This document shows positions 22,617 to 28,988 of a DNA stretch of 28,988 nucleotides, piece after piece. The stretch is from positions 156,520-185,507 of IMG/VR virus record IMGVR_UViG_3300037876_000116; one strand, given 5' to 3'. The stretch comes from a virus. Both the position numbers and the translations under genes were made by a program. The stretch's first letter is position 1. Each line of letters opens with the position of its first letter. A model generated the notes under the pieces. The model searched no databases. It worked only from the letters and a program-made list of their open reading frames with translations, and was not told the DNA's origin.

Positions 22617-23123
22617 ATGAAAAAGTTTGTTGTTATGTTGTTGATTACCCTTTTTGCATTGGGCGGTGGAGAGAAAATTTTTGGCGGAACGAATTCCGCT
22701 AATGCGCGTATTGTTTATGATGGGGCGGAAATGAAAGATGTCCATTTAAACCTTCTTAAAGGATACCTATACGAAGCGATCATTAAAGGTAATTTCAACG
22801 AAGAGATGAAAGCAAGGACAGCGGAGATGATTGTGTGGGCGACAAAACTTCTTGTGCATGAACAAGTGTTTGATTTAACAAGCGGCAAGGACGATCTTTC
22901 TCGTTTGTTTGAAGCTGCTGTGTTGGATATCAATGATTTCTTCCGAGACGCTAAAGTGACAAAACAAGAAAAGACTATTCGGTCACAGGGGTGGATTGAT
23001 ACAGGAAAAAAGCTTATTGTTAATTTTACTCGTGTAACGTTAAAAAGCAAATCTACAGGGAAAGAAACCACAAAAATCGATTGGGAGATTCGACTTCCTG
23101 CCAAAGTCGATAAGAAAAAATGA
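22617..23123 (+). CDS. Exported hypothetical protein
   Basis: GAGGAG SD; MKKFVVMLLITLFALGG signal peptide. Confidence 0.75.
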   Translation: MKKFVVMLLITLFALGGGEKIFGGTNSANARIVYDGAEMKDVHLNLLKGYLYEAIIKGNFNEEMKARTAEMIVWATKLLVHEQVFDLTSGKDDLSRLFEAAVLDINDFFRDAKVTKQEKTIRSQGWIDTGKKLIVNFTRVTLKSKSTGKETTKIDWEIRLPAKVDKKK

Positions 23124-23455
23124 GAATCGAGTTTGACAGGTATACAATAAAACTTATACCCGAGGACGAACAGGATGTGGCTTATATAGAAGATACCATG
23201 GGACTTTGTGGGGATGGGGATAATATCATCCTAGAAAGGTTTGACGGCGAGGGAGAAGAGTTCGGCTTTTATTTAGAAACAGATATCCGTCCCAGGACTG
23301 TTAATAAAGATACCCTCCCACCGCATCCGTCGATTAAAAAAGGAAAAGAAGAGCTTTATCAAAGACCTATTGATGATTTCATTGATTTTACAGATTCTTT
23401 TGATGGACCCCCATACAATCGAACATCTCCCGAAGGAACTAAAAAATTAGAGTAA
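23120..23455 (+). CDS. Hypothetical protein
   Basis: ATGA overlap. Confidence 0.7.
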   Translation: MRIEFDRYTIKLIPEDEQDVAYIEDTMGLCGDGDNIILERFDGEGEEFGFYLETDIRPRTVNKDTLPPHPSIKKGKEELYQRPIDDFIDFTDSFDGPPYNRTSPEGTKKLE

Positions 23456-23501
23456 CTTATGCTATAATAATGACTACTTATTGTAGCCACGAGGATTTAT
23501 A

Positions 23502-23708
23502 ATGAAACTAACCAAAACACGATTAATGAAAATTATTAAAGAAGAAACTATAAAAGAAGTATCTTCGGAAAAACAAAGGCGTTACATGTGTGCCATGAAA
23601 GATAAAGAAGCAGATGAACGACCTGATGGATTATCTAAAGCAGAAGCAGAAGAAATGTGTACAGGTCCTATGAAAGAAGAAGAACTAGAAGAAAAGGAAA
23701 ACAAATAA
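23502..23708 (+). CDS. Small putative virion protein (MKLTKTRLMKIIKEE; SEKQRRYMC)
   Basis: I/L-x-E motifs; CTACTTAT upstream at 23474. Confidence 0.65.
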   Translation: MKLTKTRLMKIIKEETIKEVSSEKQRRYMCAMKDKEADERPDGLSKAEAEEMCTGPMKEEELEEKENK

Positions 23709-24761
23709 ATGAGTGAATATGGTTCAAGTGCTATTATATCAGGATCTCTATTAGTTACGGGATCCGCTGTATTTAATGATCAAAGTGAAGATGTTGACTT
23801 CACAGTGGAATCTGATGGTGAAGTAAATATGTTAAAAGTCGATGCGGGCAACAACCGGGTTGGCATTGGAACAGGTGCTCCTTCTGGAACACTTCATGTT
23901 AGTGGACCTGGGACTAGTGATACCAAAGTCATTATTGAAAGTCTTGGCGATTCGTCTTTATGGATTGTTGCCGATACTGACAATGCTACTGAAAATCAGA
24001 ATCCTAGTTTATATATGTCTCAAGAATCGTCAACAGACGATGCTTATCAGTTTCACGTGGGACTTGAAGGACTCGCGGATCAATCATTTACAGGATCTTA
24101 TTCAGACCAACCTTTTATTCTTTCACGGAAAGACGAGTCTCAAGCACAATCTGTAAGAACTTTCCAAATAGCAACTGATGATGGAGGAGAGATTTCTTCG
24201 CGTTTTTGTATTGCGCATGGCGGAAAAATTCAAATTGCGGATGCGGCTAGGGAAGCAGACTGCCGTTTACACGTTAAAGCAGCAGCAGGAGATATTTTCA
24301 AGCTTGAAAACACAACAGCTTACGGCGTGACTTATGGACAGTTAGTAAAAGCTGATTTAACGATTAATGCTGCTGGCTCTACACCTGTTGATACAACTTT
24401 GAACTTGCCAGCGGCTTCTATTGTAGATACAGTGGTTATCAAGTTAACAACGGTCGGTGCCGTATCTTCGGGTACAACATACAATCTCACCAATATTACT
24501 TTAGATAATGGTGCGGCTGCACTAACTATGTTTAGCTCAAGTTTTGGAGAGTTTAGTTTAATCGGTAATGGGTCCTCCATTGTTTCTGGTACAATGTATT
24601 ACTTTAACAATGTTCAACCAAATTACCCTGTGGGTGGTGTGGGTCTTCTCAATACTGCTGGTACTTCCGATATTAAACTTGATTTTACAGACGCAAATGT
24701 TACAACTAATGCTATTGTTGATGTAGCAGTTTACTATCGCAAATTTGATACAATAAGATAA
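23709..24761 (+). CDS. Putative virion structural/tail-fibre-like protein
   Basis: GSLLVTGS, DVDFTVESD, NRVGIGTGAPSGTLHV beta-repeat motifs; Gly/Ser/Thr rich. Confidence 0.65.
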   Translation: MSEYGSSAIISGSLLVTGSAVFNDQSEDVDFTVESDGEVNMLKVDAGNNRVGIGTGAPSGTLHVSGPGTSDTKVIIESLGDSSLWIVADTDNATENQNPSLYMSQESSTDDAYQFHVGLEGLADQSFTGSYSDQPFILSRKDESQAQSVRTFQIATDDGGEISSRFCIAHGGKIQIADAAREADCRLHVKAAAGDIFKLENTTAYGVTYGQLVKADLTINAAGSTPVDTTLNLPAASIVDTVVIKLTTVGAVSSGTTYNLTNITLDNGAAALTMFSSSFGEFSLIGNGSSIVSGTMYYFNNVQPNYPVGGVGLLNTAGTSDIKLDFTDANVTTNAIVDVAVYYRKFDTIR

Positions 24762-24781
24762 AATATTTAGGAGTTTAACAA

Positions 24782-27058
24782 ATGTCGCTATATCATGATA
24801 AATGGAGAGGGTTCCTTAGCGAAGGAACAAAGCCACAACTTACCGAAGAAGAGCAACTTCTCGCAGAAGGACGTTTAGAAGACGTAAAAAAGAAATATGT
24901 CGAACTTGACAAGAGAGGACTTATCGATGATTTTTCAGCGAAAGACCCGAGTGGTAACAATGCTTACCTTGGCTGGATGGCTAAAAAGGTAGCAGATTTT
25001 TTTAGAGACCAGGCTTCTTATTCTGCTCGTCAAGATTTTATTGAGAAGACCAAAGATGGCGTTAAAAAATTCCACTTAAACAAGCAACGTTTAAAGAAAA
25101 AAGATCTTTATCAATATAAGACAGTCAAAGATTTGTTTGATGATTTAGAAAAGCTTGGTGATACAGGCAAAGAAAAAAGGCAGAAGAAAAAAGAAACAGC
25201 AATGGAAGGGTCGGAGATTGTTTATGATAACGGCGACTTCTTTGCTGTGCGTCCTTATACTACTGATGCTTCTTGTTATTATGGTCGAGCTACACGATGG
25301 TGCATCTCTTCTACGCAATCACAAAACTACTTCGACCAGTATTCCGCTGATGGGAAAGGGTTTGTTATGGTGCGCATGGAGCACCTTGATGATGATAATA
25401 ATGAAAAGAAAATCGCACTTGTTTATGACAGAGATGGTCAGCTAGAAGAAATGTTTAATGCTGCGGATGATTCTATTGATGAAGATTTATGGGACAATGC
25501 TGTCGGTGTGAATGTTCTTGAAGGTATTTTTGACGGAACAAAGTATTCAGGCAAAGGTCAAATGATGTATAACGAATTGTGGGAAGTTTCCCAGAAGGAG
25601 GGATTTGAAGAAGATAAGAAAGTTCCTGGTATTTGGAAAGCTATTGTATCGAAGATGTCTGATTCCTACGAGGATTTAGAAGAAGAACCTGATTTGGATG
25701 ACGGTGACGAAGTTGCTACTTGGATTTATGATTCTTTGCTTCGAATCAAAGGCGATATCGAACAGGGAGGCTCTGCTAATATCGAAGAAAGTCCGCCTGG
25801 ACCTGACCCTGCTGCTTTTCAAGCCGTCCAAGATGAGTTTGACCAAAACGCAAAACATGCTTATGTTATGTATGATGAATATGACGATGGTCAGTATTCT
25901 TACAGCGGTGGTATCACTTGGGAGTTTGATGAGATTGATGAAGATGAGTGGGTTGGTGAACCGGACTTTAGTTATAATGGTGATGAAAACGACACGGTAA
26001 CTGACATTGCCAGACAAGTTATGGACGACAACTATATTTATCCTGATGAGATTGAGATTGAATTCAGTGGTGTCTGGGATAGAGAGAAAGGAGCAATGGG
26101 CTCGAACGATGCTCTCTCTATCCGTGTGAACTTTAACCAAGATTATGATGAAGATAACACACCAGACGGGTTTGAAACTTTTGCCAACCGGGTTCAAGGT
26201 TATGACGAGAACTATGACGCTGTAAAAGATGAAATCTTAAACCAACTCTATAAAAATAATCTTCTTAAATCAGAAGCACTTGCTAACGCTCAACAAATTC
26301 AAGTTGAGCTTGAGAAAGATCTTAAACACTTTGATGAGATTAAGATTGGCGATGGAGAGATTACTGCCTATGGAGACCTTCATGTTCAACTGCCCCGCAT
26401 ACCTGCTGATTTCTTTGAACTTTCCCGTAAGATGGGGACAGGTGATAAACCAGGCGAGTGGTACGATAGAAAAGCCGGGCTCACTGGTATAGCTCGGGGG
26501 ATGCGAGAAAGTTATATTGACTTTTTAAAGAATAAACTTCTTAGGTTGATGGACGATAGTGTAACTCGTCAAAGATTTAAATCTTCTATTGCAAAGATTT
26601 TCAAGAAAGCTGAAGAAGATGCTGATAAACAATTGGAACTTCCGTTACAGGAAGCAGACAATCCTTACGAGCTAGGTAACTTTACTTACGCCACAGTTCC
26701 AAGTCAGAGAGTTTATCATCCAGAAAGCGGAAAGTTTACAGTTCCTTTCTATGTTGAGATTCCTTTGAGAGACGATTCTCTTAAGTGGAACATGCGCTTC
26801 TTGCAAGACCTTGATAAGTTCTGGAGTTTGATTGAAGGTGCTTACGAAGCAGCTTGGACTGGAATGCTTGAAGATTTTATGGCTCACAACACAACACTTG
26901 TCAAAAGATATCTTTCCATGTGGGACGAGAAAGAAGCCGAGAAGAAAGAAAACCCAGAACAAGAAACAGGTGGACCCGTTGTTCGAAACGCTAGAGGAGA
27001 GCGGATGACAGAAGGTATGAATGAACATTTCCAAGGATGGAGGAGCTTTTTAAAATGA
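24782..27058 (+). CDS. Large acidic putative internal virion protein
   Basis: N-terminal KWRGFLSE and C-terminal EHFQGWRSFLK tag-like motifs; TRWCISS..NYFDQY motif. Confidence 0.7.
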   Translation: MSLYHDKWRGFLSEGTKPQLTEEEQLLAEGRLEDVKKKYVELDKRGLIDDFSAKDPSGNNAYLGWMAKKVADFFRDQASYSARQDFIEKTKDGVKKFHLNKQRLKKKDLYQYKTVKDLFDDLEKLGDTGKEKRQKKKETAMEGSEIVYDNGDFFAVRPYTTDASCYYGRATRWCISSTQSQNYFDQYSADGKGFVMVRMEHLDDDNNEKKIALVYDRDGQLEEMFNAADDSIDEDLWDNAVGVNVLEGIFDGTKYSGKGQMMYNELWEVSQKEGFEEDKKVPGIWKAIVSKMSDSYEDLEEEPDLDDGDEVATWIYDSLLRIKGDIEQGGSANIEESPPGPDPAAFQAVQDEFDQNAKHAYVMYDEYDDGQYSYSGGITWEFDEIDEDEWVGEPDFSYNGDENDTVTDIARQVMDDNYIYPDEIEIEFSGVWDREKGAMGSNDALSIRVNFNQDYDEDNTPDGFETFANRVQGYDENYDAVKDEILNQLYKNNLLKSEALANAQQIQVELEKDLKHFDEIKIGDGEITAYGDLHVQLPRIPADFFELSRKMGTGDKPGEWYDRKAGLTGIARGMRESYIDFLKNKLLRLMDDSVTRQRFKSSIAKIFKKAEEDADKQLELPLQEADNPYELGNFTYATVPSQRVYHPESGKFTVPFYVEIPLRDDSLKWNMRFLQDLDKFWSLIEGAYEAAWTGMLEDFMAHNTTLVKRYLSMWDEKEAEKKENPEQETGGPVVRNARGERMTEGMNEHFQGWRSFLK

Positions 27059-27477
27059 AATGGTTTCTGCCAAAAAACTGGAAGCCTATTATTCTAGAAA
27101 ATTCTAAGATTCCTGCATGGTTGTCCAAAGTAGCTCCTTTAAATATCGGAGCTATTACTTTATTTCCTTTTGTTATTACTCGCCATGAGATCGATGAAAC
27201 TATAAGACGTCATGAAACAATTCACTTTCAACAAGCTCTTGAGACTTTGGTTCTTCCTTTTTATCTTTTATACTTAATCAACTGGCTATGGGGCATAATC
27301 AAGTACCGTAAAGGTTGGGAAGGACAAAAAACGACAAGAGGTGTTTTATTTTCCTCTGCCGCTAATAAAGCCTACCATAGAATCCAAGCTGAACAAGAAG
27401 CTTATACAAATGAAAACGATGCTTCTTATCTGCAAGATAGAAAACGGTTTCAATGGATTTGGAAATACAAAGTATGA
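27055..27477 (+). CDS. Zincin-like (HExxH) membrane-associated protein
   Basis: AITLFPF..RHETIHFQQ..EQEAY; ATGA overlap start. Confidence 0.75.
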   Translation: MKWFLPKNWKPIILENSKIPAWLSKVAPLNIGAITLFPFVITRHEIDETIRRHETIHFQQALETLVLPFYLLYLINWLWGIIKYRKGWEGQKTTRGVLFSSAANKAYHRIQAEQEAYTNENDASYLQDRKRFQWIWKYKV

Positions 27478-27556
27478 AAGAGAGTAGAGACGTAATATGT
27501 TGTGCTAGCTTAGTTATTTTACAAGCAATGCTGATTGTTTACGCTTTAACCTGTGA

Positions 27557-27793
27557 ATGGTAATGAGAAAATTTTTTAAAAGATTTGATTATAAGTTATT
27601 GATTTTATTAATAATAATCTTTATTGGCATCGTTTTATCTGTATGTTTGCCAAGAATAGAAACCGCTGAGCAAATTGTAATTGAAGTTAATAAAAAGGCT
27701 TGCGAAGTAAGTTTGCTGAATAAAGATGTTCTAATAGCAAAACTCAAGTCAGATAAAAAAGATTGTAAAATCTATCTTTTAAATAAAAACTAA
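27557..27793 (+). CDS. Small membrane protein
   Basis: One hydrophobic helix. Confidence 0.5.
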   Translation: MVMRKFFKRFDYKLLILLIIIFIGIVLSVCLPRIETAEQIVIEVNKKACEVSLLNKDVLIAKLKSDKKDCKIYLLNKN

Positions 27794-28029
27794 GTTCTAC
27801 TAAGCAACTTTAGACTTCTAGGGTGACACCACGATGAACCTGCTTTAGCAAAATAAACTTCTACTATTTCTTTTTTATCAATAGCAGCTTCCCAGAGTTC
27901 GATTGCAACTACGACACCCACATCTGCAAAGGTGTCGGGGATGTTATCTGAAACTAAATAAGGTATCTCAGGTTGAGAATAAATCCAAGTAACTAAATCT
28001 CCCCTTTTGAATTTAGTATGTGGATCCAT
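27790..28029 (-). CDS. MKVGDLV-family small protein, paralog of 21141-21341
   Basis: FKRGDLVTW..DVGVVVAIE..VEVYF...WC..LKLLS. Confidence 0.75.
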   Translation of the reverse strand: MDPHTKFKRGDLVTWIYSQPEIPYLVSDNIPDTFADVGVVVAIELWEAAIDKKEIVEVYFAKAGSSWCHPRSLKLLSRT

Positions 28030-28400
28030 GTAAGTAAGTATGGATTTCTATCGATTTTATTCTGCCTTCTTTCTACAAAGAAGTTTAACTTTTTTACTTT
28101 TCTTTGAAATTTTCTGGATCTATGTTCTTTAAAAAATAAACTTTTCTTTCGAGCTTTGCGTTCTTTTACGGGAACATTAGGTTGTTCAAAATGAAGATTC
28201 ATAGGGTTATAAATCTCTGGTTGTTGTTCATCAATTTTTGTTGACTTCAAAACATTTAATGTATTGCTAATGTTTGCATCAACATAATTGATTGTTTCTT
28301 TGTTGTGTAATTGTTTAGTCTTCTTAACTTGATCTTTTCCAGAAGAAGTTGCTGGGAAGAGAGTAGCAAGGCAAGTTATTAAGATTATTAGTTTTTTCAT
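27993..28400 (-). CDS. Exported basic hypothetical protein
   Basis: GGAG SD; MKKLIILITCLATLFPATS signal peptide. Confidence 0.65.
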   Translation of the reverse strand: MKKLIILITCLATLFPATSSGKDQVKKTKQLHNKETINYVDANISNTLNVLKSTKIDEQQPEIYNPMNLHFEQPNVPVKERKARKKSLFFKEHRSRKFQRKVKKLNFFVERRQNKIDRNPYLLTWIHILNSKGEI

Positions 28401-28664
28401 TTTTAACGAACTCCGTGTTTTGTTTGTCGTCTATATATAGATTTTTATTTGATTATGATACAAGAAAAAAATGATTTTTTTTCACTAATTAAGAAAGTTT
28501 CGTAAAGGTAGAGAAGTTATTATGCAGATGGACAAAATTATAGTTAATCAAGATTACCAAGACCTTTATAGGGTTATTTCTAAAATTTTTAAAGATAATG
28601 AAGAGATAGCTGTTCTTTTCGATAGAAGATTAAAGGAAGACAAGTCTAATTATAAACATTAGAG

Positions 28665-28883
28665 ATGCGTTTTTCAAGAAGAAAATTTAAAATTGGTGAG
28701 TTAGTTAAACTTACTGATTCTTTTCAGCAAGAAAGAAAAAAAGATTCTAATATCTTAAAGTGTAAAATAGGAATTATTTTAGGATGTTGCGAAGACTTAG
28801 ATTTAGGCTATTTATATAAAATACACTGGGTTCCTATCAGTAAGATTTTTTATGATGAACAATCAAGGCTGGAAAGGTTATGA
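28665..28883 (+). CDS. MKVGDLV-family small protein
   Basis: FKIGELVKL..KIGIILG..YKIHW..LERL. Confidence 0.7.
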   Translation: MRFSRRKFKIGELVKLTDSFQQERKKDSNILKCKIGIILGCCEDLDLGYLYKIHWVPISKIFYDEQSRLERL

Positions 28884-28988
28884 ATTTAAAATTTATCTAC
28901 AAGATGATGAAAAACAATAAACGAGGGAAAACTTTTATGTTATGTTATCTCTTGGCTTTTATTGTAGATAAGGTTATATTTTTTTCTA

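Noticed and set aside
1-28988. Stop-codon reassignment
   Set aside because: Conserved genes are intact under code 11 and use TAA, TAG and TGA as stops; the tRNA anticodon reads TCT, not CTA, when the 7-nt loop is centred.

Overview
Almost certainly a segment of a large dsDNA (jumbo-type) bacteriophage genome using the standard genetic code. The RpoH-type sigma factor, sigma54/IHF sites and a Cys-rich exported protein suggest a proteobacterial or Myxococcota-like host, but this is inference. Left part (1-7.5 kb): a partial DNA methyltransferase plus putative restriction endonuclease; a tRNA-Arg gene broken open by an HNH endonuclease cassette that carries its own intact tRNA-Arg(UCU); three enzymes sharing an N-terminal MKLLLENWR tag (Ser/Thr kinase, Cys-His-Asp protein, zeta-like P-loop kinase); and a MoxR-AAA/vWA pair. 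Middle (7.5-20.6 kb): a dense early-type region of tiny genes. It contains most of about 25 'MKVGDLV' KOW/SH3-like paralogs, several joined by a recurrent dual-coding junction, plus a metallophosphoesterase, a GIY-YIG nuclease and a DpnI-like nuclease. Fourteen copies of a TTGAAA-N16-TATA(G/T)T RpoH-like promoter run from 4.2 to 19.8 kb. The region ends in a phage RpoH-family sigma gene preceded by a complete sigma54 architecture (paired TGT-N12-ACA enhancer, IHF site, -24/-12) and a regulatory island with further IHF sites and MraZ-like GTGG repeats. Right part (20.8-29 kb): AT-richer, with exported proteins and probable virion proteins. All calls come from manual motif reading; no database searches were run.
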